From assembly GCA_963777505.1 (NCBI GenBank), contig CAVZQN010000011.1, forward strand, positions 128,001 to 192,000: a DNA stretch of 64,000 nt, in the 5' to 3' direction. This document shows, piece by piece, positions 18,316 through 27,098 of the stretch. The DNA is from an uncultured bacterium. GTDB lineage: Bacteria; Acidobacteriota; HRBIN11; JAKEFK01. The number at the start of each line of letters is the position of its first letter. The first letter of the stretch is position 1. The translations under genes were made by a program, and so were the position numbers. The notes beneath the pieces were generated by a model. That model searched no databases. It saw only the letters and a list, made by a program, of their open reading frames with translations, and was not told where the DNA came from.

Positions 18316-18888
18316 ATGTTACCAGCCAATCAGCATCACTTCGAATTCAGGAAAAAGTTTTGGAAACTCGTTGGCGGTTCTTTTCGAGTTCTGGATGCAA
18401 CGGGCAATCTTTTATTTTACAGCGAACAAAAGGCGTTCAAGCTGCGTGAAGACATCCGCGTCTATGCCGATGAATCTAAGACTAACGAAGTGTTATCCAT
18501 CAAAACACAACAAATCATCGATATTTCACCCACGTTTGATGTCGTGGATTCGAGAGATGGAAAAATTGGATCATTGCAACGCAAAGGTTTGAAGTCAATT
18601 ATTCGTGATCAATGGGATTTCATCGATGTTAACGGAACGATTATTGGAAAGCTGGAAGAAGATTCAACGCTCAATGCGATCTTGCGCAGATTCCTTACAA
18701 ATTTAATTCCTCAGCGGTACGACCTGTTTTTAGGTGGAGAGAAAGTAGGTGAATTCAGACAGCAGTTCAATCCATTTATCTACCGGGCAAATATGGATCT
18801 AAGCCCTGATTCAAGTGGCAAATTGGATCGCAGGCTTGCTGTTGCAGCCGGAATTCTGCTGCTGGCTGTTGAGGGAAGGCAAAACTAA
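18316..18888 (+). CDS. LURP-one/scramblase-like (Tubby C-terminal-like) protein
   Basis: QKAFKLREDIRVYADE, RKGLKSIIRDQW, LDRRLAVA motifs. Confidence 0.75.
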   Translation: MLPANQHHFEFRKKFWKLVGGSFRVLDATGNLLFYSEQKAFKLREDIRVYADESKTNEVLSIKTQQIIDISPTFDVVDSRDGKIGSLQRKGLKSIIRDQWDFIDVNGTIIGKLEEDSTLNAILRRFLTNLIPQRYDLFLGGEKVGEFRQQFNPFIYRANMDLSPDSSGKLDRRLAVAAGILLLAVEGRQN

Positions 18889-18959
18889 TATCGTCGAGCT
18901 AACGTTTGTTAGCATTGACAGATCGGCATTCCGGATCAAATTTCTCTTTAGCAATGCTC

Positions 18960-20000
18960 ATGGCGAAAAAGACGTTCACCGAAAATTTATCCGAAAGCTG
19001 GACTCAACAGCGCGAAGATTTACTCAAGCGTAAGTTTGCTGAATTCGGCCTCAAGCTTGAAGGTACCCACGTCCAGCAACTTGTGGAGCAACTTTATCAG
19101 GAGCTTGAATCCAGGGGGATACATTTTCGCCCGTCTGTCTATTTAGCAGACGAATGGGGTTGTCCTGAAGCCATTCCAATTATCGGTATCCCGTTCTATT
19201 TGGTAGATGAAAGACTGCTGCGGCTTGAAGATGAAATCATGGAAGGGATCGAAGCTGAATCTGATAAAGATATTTCAAGCTATCTACGTCATGAAGCCGG
19301 ACATACTTTTAACTACGCATACAAATTGTACGAGACAGAAGAATGGCATCATCTTTTTGGTCCATATTCGCGTCCTTATCGCGAAAATTACAAACCCAAT
19401 CCATTTTCGCGCAATTATGTGAGACATCTTCCAGGATGGTATGCGCAGAAACATCCGGATGAAGATTTTGCTGAGACATTTGCAGTTTGGCTAAATCCTC
19501 ATTCGCATTGGCAGGAGGTTTACAAAGACTGGGGTGCTTATAAAAAGCTGGAATATGTCGATCGTATGGCAGCAAAATGGGGTTCTCAACCGCCACTTGT
19601 TACTTCGGAAGATTACGATGTTGAAGAAGATTTAAGTGGATCTGTTGCTGAACATTACGAAGAATTCAAACCAGACTTCGTGGAAATGCCGGCTTATTTT
19701 GATGGCGATCTGAAGGATATTTTCGAACGCACCGAAACGCCTGGGAAAGAAAATCAATCAATACCGGCCCATCTTTTTCTGGCTGAACACAGCAGACAAA
19801 TTGTTGCGAATATTAATTATTGGACTGGACTCAATGACAGTTTAGTGCGTTCCTTAATGCGTCACTTTATTGAACGCTGCAGAGATCTCAACCTTTGGGC
19901 TGATCCAGATAGAAAATTGAAAACACTCACTGAAATTACTGCGTATGCAACGACTCTTTGCATGAATAAGTTATACAAAGGGGATTTCATTATTAAATGA
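18960..20000 (+). CDS. putative zinc-binding metallopeptidase
   Basis: LRHEAGH (HExxH), YAQKHPDEDFAETFAVWL, IGIPFYL; start 18954 or 18960. Confidence 0.85.
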   Translation: MAKKTFTENLSESWTQQREDLLKRKFAEFGLKLEGTHVQQLVEQLYQELESRGIHFRPSVYLADEWGCPEAIPIIGIPFYLVDERLLRLEDEIMEGIEAESDKDISSYLRHEAGHTFNYAYKLYETEEWHHLFGPYSRPYRENYKPNPFSRNYVRHLPGWYAQKHPDEDFAETFAVWLNPHSHWQEVYKDWGAYKKLEYVDRMAAKWGSQPPLVTSEDYDVEEDLSGSVAEHYEEFKPDFVEMPAYFDGDLKDIFERTETPGKENQSIPAHLFLAEHSRQIVANINYWTGLNDSLVRSLMRHFIERCRDLNLWADPDRKLKTLTEITAYATTLCMNKLYKGDFIIK

Positions 20001-20015
20001 CACCTAGGAGAGGAC

Positions 20016-21041
20016 TTGAGGAAATTAAAAATTACGATTCTATTTGATGCCACCGAACAAGACGACAAAATTGAAGCAGAAGCAGAAGGCGAGAAGGTTA
20101 CTTTAGTCAGTGAACAGGTCAGAAAGATTTTGTTGTCATTCGGACATGAAGTCCGATTTCTCGCAGCGCGTACAGATATCCGCGAACTTGCAGGCCATCT
20201 CACAAAGGATGATAGCGATCTCATCTTCAACCTGTGCGAATCACTGGGCGGAATCAGTCAACACGAACAACATGTCGCTGCACTTATGGAAGTTTTGGGC
20301 AAACGATTTACAGGTGCAGGTGCATTCGGACTGGCGTTAGCTCAAGATAAAGGTTTAAGCAAAAAACTGTTTCATTTTCACGGCTTACCATATCCGAAAT
20401 TTTCAACCATGGATGCAGGCCAGGTAGAGTGGTCAGACGATCTAAGTTTTCCGTTGTTTGTAAAACCTCTCAACGAAGATGCCTCCATCGGTATTGACAG
20501 CAATGCAGTTGTTCAGAATGTGAAGGAATTGATGGAGCGAATTTCCTACATTCAGACTGAATTCAAGGCTCCTGCGCTCATTGAGGAATATATAGAAGGG
20601 CGCGAAATTTATATCGGTATTTTAGGGAACGAAAAGCCCGAACCTCTTCCAATCCTGGAATGGGATTTCTCCAAAGTACCGAAAGGCGTTCCAAGGATTG
20701 CTTCAAGTGAAGCAAAGTGGGATGAAGATCCTGATTTTAAGGATGCTCCGCAAATTTTCCCAACGGATCTTCCCGAAGCAGTGGCTAAAGAACTTCAAGA
20801 GGCTGCCGTCAATGCCTTTAAGATTCTAAAATTAAGGGATTATGGAAGAATCGATATGCGAATCAGGCGCAGCTCAAAAAAAGAAAGTAAGGCGATTGAA
20901 GGCTGGGAATATTTCATCATTGAAGCAAATCCGAATCCATATCTGGATCAGAAATCAGAATTCGCTATGGCCGCTGCAAAATATGACCTCAAATATCCAC
21001 AGTTGATCGAAAGAATCATCGAACTTGCAATGGAACGGTAA
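20016..21041 (+). CDS. D-Ala-D-Ala-ligase-like ATP-grasp ligase
   Basis: FNLCES, QDKGLSK, FVKPxxEDASIGI, IEEYIEGRE, YGRIDMR, IEANPNP; lacks the GGxSxEH N-terminus of canonical Ddl. Confidence 0.85.
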   Translation: MRKLKITILFDATEQDDKIEAEAEGEKVTLVSEQVRKILLSFGHEVRFLAARTDIRELAGHLTKDDSDLIFNLCESLGGISQHEQHVAALMEVLGKRFTGAGAFGLALAQDKGLSKKLFHFHGLPYPKFSTMDAGQVEWSDDLSFPLFVKPLNEDASIGIDSNAVVQNVKELMERISYIQTEFKAPALIEEYIEGREIYIGILGNEKPEPLPILEWDFSKVPKGVPRIASSEAKWDEDPDFKDAPQIFPTDLPEAVAKELQEAAVNAFKILKLRDYGRIDMRIRRSSKKESKAIEGWEYFIIEANPNPYLDQKSEFAMAAAKYDLKYPQLIERIIELAMER

Positions 21042-21053
21042 CTTCGTAAATTC

Positions 21054-21325
21054 TTAACCACGAAGTGACATGTGATCGCGAAGCTGTCAAACAGAAATTT
21101 ATGAAATAGCCCCCAGCGTAAGCTGGGGGGCAATTGCGATGTTCAATGATTTAGCCCGCCGAAGGCGGGCGTAAGAGTCTTGATGCTAACTGGTCTTTCG
21201 CCCGCTCAAAGCGAGCTGGTTCTTTTCCGATCTTTTTACCCCCGGCTGACGCCGGGGGCTATGATTTTCAAAGCATTTCACAAAGAATTACGGAGTAATA
21301 ATTTAAGAATACCCTTCGTGGTTAA
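21054..21325. repeat. nested composite palindromic element
   Basis: Outer arms TTAACCACGAAG / CTTCGTGGTTAA. Inner ATAGCCCCC..GGGGGCTAT (21106-21262) encloses hairpins CCCCAGC-GTAA-GCTGGGG, GCCCGCC-GAA-GGCGGGC and CCCCGGC-TGAC-GCCGGGG. Confidence 0.8.
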
Positions 21326-21328
21326 AAA

Positions 21329-22408
21329 TTAATTTGTCGCTGAAACAACTTCTGGAGCGGGTTTCGCTGGCTCTTTCAAGTGACGCGGAACGATTTGGAT
21401 CAGTGTTATTGCTAATACAGTCGTAATTGGACCAAAAAACAGACCAGAAGGCCCAAAGGCCAATAACCCACCGAGAACACTTATTAAACCAAGCAGGGGA
21501 TGAAGTTCGGTTTTTCCTTTTAACACCCACGGTTTAACAACATTGTCCGATAATCCTGCGAGTACAAATGCCACAGTCATTCCGATGGCTGAGCCGATCT
21601 TTCCGTTTGCAAGCAAATACAGAATTCCACCGATGCTTGTTGGTGCGCATCCTACAAGAGGTATGAATGAAAAGATTGCAGTTAAAAAACCGAAGAGGTG
21701 TGGCCTTGGTATTCCAAAGATCCAGTATGCAAGTCCAATGATTGTTCCTTGAACAATTCCTGCAATTAGAGTACCAAGCACCACCGCTTTGGAAATTTTT
21801 TCAACGTTGTTAAAAATTGTTTTTGTGTCTAAGGATGAAAACGGAAGATTTGCTCGCAAAAAGGCAACAAATCGAGGTCCATCTACAAGTCCGAAATAAA
21901 ACGCAATTAAGAAAAAAACAACGGCCAGAACTTTTCGCGGTACAGATGCAGCAAGCGATGTGAGGAATTTCGTAGCTGAAGTTGCAAACTGAAAAACGAA
22001 AAATTTAGTACGTTCAATAAATTCTTTTTCAGTTGTTGGCCGAACCCGATTGATAGCCTGATATACATTCGAAAATACAGGGATATCTAAAATTCCTGAA
22101 GATTTATCTTCATGCTTCGAAATTTGATTTAAAGTTGTTACGAGATGCGATGCATCTTTATATACAAAAATTCCAAGAAGAATGAGAGGCAATAAAACGC
22201 AGATCAGAACGATAAAGGTTGAGAGTGCAGCAGGGAGATGGCTACTATTATTCGATTTTTTTCTAAGCCAGAGATATGCAGGTCGGAATACAAGGGAAAT
22301 GATCAGGCCGAGTGTAACTGGAATGAGAAATCTGTGAATTACAAATCCGAATAAAACTAAGACGATTCCTAGAATTACGAGCTGTCCAATAGATCTGTAT
22401 TGTTTCAT
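21329..22408 (-). CDS. AI-2E family transporter
   Basis: Multi-TM; SFIPLVG, DNVVKP, HPLLGLISVLGG..FGPSGLFFGP. Confidence 0.9.
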   Translation of the reverse strand: MKQYRSIGQLVILGIVLVLFGFVIHRFLIPVTLGLIISLVFRPAYLWLRKKSNNSSHLPAALSTFIVLICVLLPLILLGIFVYKDASHLVTTLNQISKHEDKSSGILDIPVFSNVYQAINRVRPTTEKEFIERTKFFVFQFATSATKFLTSLAASVPRKVLAVVFFLIAFYFGLVDGPRFVAFLRANLPFSSLDTKTIFNNVEKISKAVVLGTLIAGIVQGTIIGLAYWIFGIPRPHLFGFLTAIFSFIPLVGCAPTSIGGILYLLANGKIGSAIGMTVAFVLAGLSDNVVKPWVLKGKTELHPLLGLISVLGGLLAFGPSGLFFGPITTVLAITLIQIVPRHLKEPAKPAPEVVSATN

Positions 22409-22429
22409 TTTTCAATGACGCTTAGCGCT

Positions 22430-22507
22430 GTAGGGGCGACCCTTGTGGTCGCCACGGGCCCTGCAGCAAAATATCTGCTTTGGGCGGCCACAAGGACCGC
22501 CCCCTAC
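22430..22507. repeat. GTAG-type REP doublet
   Basis: GTAGGGGCGACCCTTGTGGTCGCC ... GGGCGGCCACAAGGACCGCCCCCTAC. Confidence 0.85.
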
Positions 22508-22590
22508 CAGGTTTTCCCTCTCGTCTAATCTATGATCATTGCACAAAGAACAAGCGACCTATTTTAGCTAACAAAGGAAAAGGTATAGGG

Positions 22591-23868
22591 ATGCCACTTA
22601 AGAAAGGAACCAAAATATTCTTAGCTCTTCTGGGATTGGCAATTGTCGTAGTGATTCTTTTCTACGATTTTGCCTCCGACAAGGCTCTTGAAAAGGAAAT
22701 CATATGCAGCTATGGCGTCAATGATCCGGAATTTGTGCATGTGATGAACTACTTCTTGGGGCCCAGTATTCAGGATGGTGGAAAAGTTGAAACTCTTTTG
22801 AATGGAGATGAAGTTTTTCCTGCGATGCTTAAAGCCATCGACGAAGCAAAGAAATCAATAACTTTCGAAACCTACATATATTGGTCTGGCAAAGTTGGCC
22901 GTCAATTTACAGATGCACTCTGTAGAAAAGCAAAAGAAGGCTTGAAAGTTCATGTGCTTTTGGATTGGGTAGGCAGCGGAAAAATGGACAAAGAGTTACT
23001 GCAGAAAATGGAATCTTCAGGCATTCAAGTTGGCCGTTATCATGAAGTGAGCTGGTATTCATTACAAAAACTCAACAATCGGACCCATCGAAAAATAATG
23101 ATTGTTGATGGCAAGATCGGATTTACGGGTGGTCTTGGGGTCGCAGATCATTGGCTTGGAAATGCCAGTTCAAAGGAAGAATGGAGGGATACTCATTATC
23201 GTTTTGAAGGGCCTTCAGTATCTCAAATGCAATCAGTATTCAATGAAAACTGGATTGAACTTCGTGGAGAACTTTTGCATGGTCCCGATTACTTTCCACC
23301 AGTTGAAAATGCCGGAGAGCAGAAGACTCAGGTGTTCAAAAGCTCGCCAGAGGATGGCAGCGAAAGTGCACGTCTGATGTATCTTCTTTCGATTGCTGCG
23401 GCCCGAAAAAATATTCTAATGAGTAATGCCTATTTCGTTCCTGATGATCTTTCGGTCAAACACCTGATCTCTGCTGCAAAGCGTGGAGTTAAAATTCAGA
23501 TTATTGCTCCGGGTGAAGTAACGGATACAAAGCTTGTGCGACACGCTTCACGTTCAAGATGGGGGGACCTATTGAAAGCGGGTGTTGAGTTTTATGAGTA
23601 TCAGCCCACAATGTTTCATTGCAAAGTAATGACTGTTGATGATATTTGGTCTACTGTTGGCTCAACAAATTTCGATAACCGATCATTTCGATTAAATGAT
23701 GAAGTAAATCTTAATGTGTATGATTCAGATTTTGCGATGGAGCAAAACAGAATTTTCAAAGAGGATCTTTCGAAATCGCGCAAAGTTACATATGAACAAT
23801 GGAAGAACCGTCCATTCATGGAGAAGTTTAAAGAATGGGCCGCAGGTTTGCTCCGCCACCAGCTCTAA
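22591..23868 (+). CDS. cls: cardiolipin synthase (phospholipase D family)
   Basis: Two HKD motifs, RTHRKIMIVDG and FHCKVMTVDD; GSTNFDNRS. The ORF-track start at 22480 lies inside a REP. Confidence 0.9.
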   Translation: MPLKKGTKIFLALLGLAIVVVILFYDFASDKALEKEIICSYGVNDPEFVHVMNYFLGPSIQDGGKVETLLNGDEVFPAMLKAIDEAKKSITFETYIYWSGKVGRQFTDALCRKAKEGLKVHVLLDWVGSGKMDKELLQKMESSGIQVGRYHEVSWYSLQKLNNRTHRKIMIVDGKIGFTGGLGVADHWLGNASSKEEWRDTHYRFEGPSVSQMQSVFNENWIELRGELLHGPDYFPPVENAGEQKTQVFKSSPEDGSESARLMYLLSIAAARKNILMSNAYFVPDDLSVKHLISAAKRGVKIQIIAPGEVTDTKLVRHASRSRWGDLLKAGVEFYEYQPTMFHCKVMTVDDIWSTVGSTNFDNRSFRLNDEVNLNVYDSDFAMEQNRIFKEDLSKSRKVTYEQWKNRPFMEKFKEWAAGLLRHQL

Positions 23869-23883
23869 CCTCTCTGCGTCTAA

Positions 23884-23957
23884 GTAGGGGCGGTCTAAGA
23901 CCCGCCCGCCGAGAATTTCGCACAAGTAAAACGGGCGGGTCTAAGACCCGCCCCTAC
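23884..23957. repeat. GTAG-type REP doublet
   Basis: GTAGGGGCGGTCTAAGACCCGCCC ... GGGCGGGTCTAAGACCCGCCCCTAC. Confidence 0.85.
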
Positions 23958-26900
23958 AGATCTAACAGTTTTCCTGAACGCAGCAGAGCACAATCGTGAA
24001 GCATGACTCATATTCAATGCTTTCCCGTAAAGTTCCATCTGCTTTGCGTATGTTTGAAGCGATTCAGGCTCTACATCGTTAACTGTTTTATAATCCACTA
24101 AATAATGTTTCCCTGATTTGTCTTTTGCTAACAGATCGATCGTTCCTGTAAGCACTTTGTTTTGATCCTGATCAAAAACGCATAGAGGCACTTCGCGGCC
24201 AAGAATCTCAAGGGACGCAATCCATTTCGCTGCATCGGAACGGAAGAATTTTTCCAGAATTTTTTCAGCTTCTTCTTCAGCGACTTCTAGATCGAATGCC
24301 GAATGTGCATCACTCAATTTCGATTTTTCTATCTCCAACAGGAAACGGAAATTGTTCGATGATTGAAAATCGATCCGTTCAAGAACGCCATGACAGAGAA
24401 GTCCGACTATGCGAGCATGCATGGAAACGTATTCAAATTCGGTTTCAGCTTCTTCCTCAGATTCTGAGGCCCGGCCTTCGATCCCTGCATCCGCAAGGCC
24501 GGGCCTCAAGGCTTCAGTTGTAATTGAATTAAGAAGTGGCAGAGTGAAACGAGTCCGAATGGATTCAATTTCCTCCCAGCCTTTCACAATCGGTTTTAAG
24601 TTCATTTTCTCACGTTGAGGATTCAGCAAACTGGAAGGCAGCCACGGTTCTCCTTTTTGCAGTGTGATATCCACATCGGGATGGATTATTTCTAAAAAGG
24701 CCATGATGTTTTTGCCGCCGGTATTTTTGGGATCATCTCCTGCGATCGTAAAACAAAGTTCATGTTTCGCGCGAGTTGCGGCTACATAAAGCACTCGTTT
24801 TTCTTCGTCACCCAATTCAAGGTCAACGTCACCAATTTTCGATTTTTGTTTCCGCTTGACTGTGGAACGATTTGAATATTGGTCTCGTAAATAATTGGCT
24901 TCTGTAAACCCGCCGATTTTTAGAGATGCACTATCGGTTCTCCAATTTTGTTTAATGTCCGTTCTGTCCACATAGTTTCCGCCGCCATAATCAGTTAGCG
25001 CAACATATGTAATTGGAAAGTCGAGTCCTTTTGCTCTGTGAATACTGAGAATACGAACAGCATCCACACCTTCATCAGCGACTGCTTCCTGTCCGAGATC
25101 TTTCAATTCACGCGAATAACGTTCGAGTTGTTTTACAAAACTATAAGTGCTGATTAACGGATCCAGATCGGCTTCGAGAGCTTGTTTGTGGATCTTCAGT
25201 ATATTGAGCGGCGAAATATCCCTGCGGTGCGCTCCATATGAAATCGCTGCAAGTGAAAGGATTGGAAAGCGAGTCAGGACTTCATCGACGAGTTTTCCCG
25301 GATTTAGTTCGGGCATTTTCTGCCTGATTTCGTAGATCGAATTCAGGAAGCTTAAAACTGTTTGAAGCCGGCCTTCGGGTGCATCTTTAAGAGTGGTGGA
25401 AAGTGCTGATTGAATTGTTGGAAATTGTTCTTCTGGTTTTGTTTTCGTTTTTAATGTTGAAAAGAAGAGTGCAAGTTCAAGATCAGAAAAACCGAATAAA
25501 GGAGATCGCAGCGTTGCAGCCATTGCAATTGAATCCATGTCATCCACAATCCACTTCAGTAAATTCACAAAATCAATGACTTCTTGCGATTGGAAGAAGA
25601 ATTTTTCTCCTTCAATGACTACAGGAATACCTCGCGCACTGAGTGCATCGACATAAAGGTGAGCATTTGGCAGTCTTCGTAGGAGGATTGCGGTGCCGCG
25701 ATACCGATCTCCTTCGGCCGCATCGTCCGCGCGTTGCTTAATTTCATTGGCTAACCAGTTAGCCTCGCTTAATATTCGCAGATGAAGCGCATCATTTTCG
25801 TCGGTTTCGATTTTTACCAGACGCACACAATCATTGATGTCATGGCCTTCACAATGATCATTCATTGTTGTTGATGATTCAGGATCGAGTGACGGAAATA
25901 ATCGTTCCGCAAGTGCGTTTGTAAACTCAACAAGATTTTTGCACGATCTCCAGTTGCCAGTAAGAGCTGTAACTTCGACTGCTTCTTCGCCAAGGATGGC
26001 TTTGATTGTGCTGTAGGCGCCAGGATCGGCATTTCGAAATCCGTAAATGGATTGTTTAGGATCCCCGACCACAAATAACTTTCTTGGCTGCAACTTTAAA
26101 TGAAACGTGCCTGCAGCAAGATCATGTAACCGGAAATCAGATTCAACGTTATCCTGCTCGCACAAATATAAAAATATTTCGTACTGGACCGGATCTGTAT
26201 CTTGCATCTCATCCACAAGCACGATTTTGTATCGTTCTTTCAATCTCCGGCGCACATCCGTATGATCTCGAAGCAAGTTTCGCGTATCAAGAATCAGATC
26301 GTCGTATCTTAAATAACCAAGGGTTTTATATTCATCCAGTAAATTGATAACAAAATCGCGCGTTAAAGAATGAATGGCTTCATAGACATCATCATTCCTG
26401 TAATTCAAAGCGTCTTTAATTGCATTTTTCCATGATGTGTCTTTCACCGTGGATGGGACTGAAAGCATTAAATTTAGAGTCCGCCGGTTCAAAGGTACAT
26501 CTTTCAACGCACTTAAAAATGCAGATTCCCAATTGCGGTTTTGATTGATTTCCCATGCAAGTGGAGTTTGAATCAGCTCAAACAACCAATCCGTGGAATC
26601 ATCATCAGGTTTTTGAAAAGTGAACCTTCGGCTGGTCAAATGTTCGGCAAGCAATTTTAGATTTTGTATCCCAAAGACTTCGATCAGTCTTGGATAGGGT
26701 TCACGTTGCCCACGAAGAACGCCTGATAGAAAACGATCCCAATGTGCTTCAAACAGTTCATCAAAATGGGATTGGTCGGCATCCACTTCAAAAAGAGGAG
26801 TCAAGCCGATGCGGCTTCCATAGCGTTTTAATATTTGAGTGCAAAATGCATGAATGGTTCCAATGAATCCTTGATTTACTTCTTCGAAGCGTTTGGCATC

Positions 26901-27098
26901 CATTTGGCCGCTGGCTACAAGTTCCGCCATGCGTGTACGCAACCGTTCGACCATTTCAGTTGCGGCTTTTTCAGTAAAAGTAACTGCGCAAATATTTTTC
27001 AAAGCCACTCCATCAGAAACTTGCTTCAGGATGTGGCTTGTCAGTTCAAATGTCTTGCCCGTGCCGGCATTTGCTTCAATAAATGTCGCAATACTCAT
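23895..27098 (-). CDS. addA: AddA/RecB-like UvrD helicase with PD-(D/E)XK nuclease
   Basis: EANAGTGKT, TFTEKAA, TIHAF, VDEMQD, VGDPKQSIYGFR, SIHRAKGL, YVAATRA, GTIDLL..VDYKT. True stop is probably near 23954. Confidence 0.9.
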   Translation of the reverse strand: MSIATFIEANAGTGKTFELTSHILKQVSDGVALKNICAVTFTEKAATEMVERLRTRMAELVASGQMDAKRFEEVNQGFIGTIHAFCTQILKRYGSRIGLTPLFEVDADQSHFDELFEAHWDRFLSGVLRGQREPYPRLIEVFGIQNLKLLAEHLTSRRFTFQKPDDDSTDWLFELIQTPLAWEINQNRNWESAFLSALKDVPLNRRTLNLMLSVPSTVKDTSWKNAIKDALNYRNDDVYEAIHSLTRDFVINLLDEYKTLGYLRYDDLILDTRNLLRDHTDVRRRLKERYKIVLVDEMQDTDPVQYEIFLYLCEQDNVESDFRLHDLAAGTFHLKLQPRKLFVVGDPKQSIYGFRNADPGAYSTIKAILGEEAVEVTALTGNWRSCKNLVEFTNALAERLFPSLDPESSTTMNDHCEGHDINDCVRLVKIETDENDALHLRILSEANWLANEIKQRADDAAEGDRYRGTAILLRRLPNAHLYVDALSARGIPVVIEGEKFFFQSQEVIDFVNLLKWIVDDMDSIAMAATLRSPLFGFSDLELALFFSTLKTKTKPEEQFPTIQSALSTTLKDAPEGRLQTVLSFLNSIYEIRQKMPELNPGKLVDEVLTRFPILSLAAISYGAHRRDISPLNILKIHKQALEADLDPLISTYSFVKQLERYSRELKDLGQEAVADEGVDAVRILSIHRAKGLDFPITYVALTDYGGGNYVDRTDIKQNWRTDSASLKIGGFTEANYLRDQYSNRSTVKRKQKSKIGDVDLELGDEEKRVLYVAATRAKHELCFTIAGDDPKNTGGKNIMAFLEIIHPDVDITLQKGEPWLPSSLLNPQREKMNLKPIVKGWEEIESIRTRFTLPLLNSITTEALRPGLADAGIEGRASESEEEAETEFEYVSMHARIVGLLCHGVLERIDFQSSNNFRFLLEIEKSKLSDAHSAFDLEVAEEEAEKILEKFFRSDAAKWIASLEILGREVPLCVFDQDQNKVLTGTIDLLAKDKSGKHYLVDYKTVNDVEPESLQTYAKQMELYGKALNMSHASRLCSAAFRKTVRSVGAGLRPARFTCAKFSAGGS

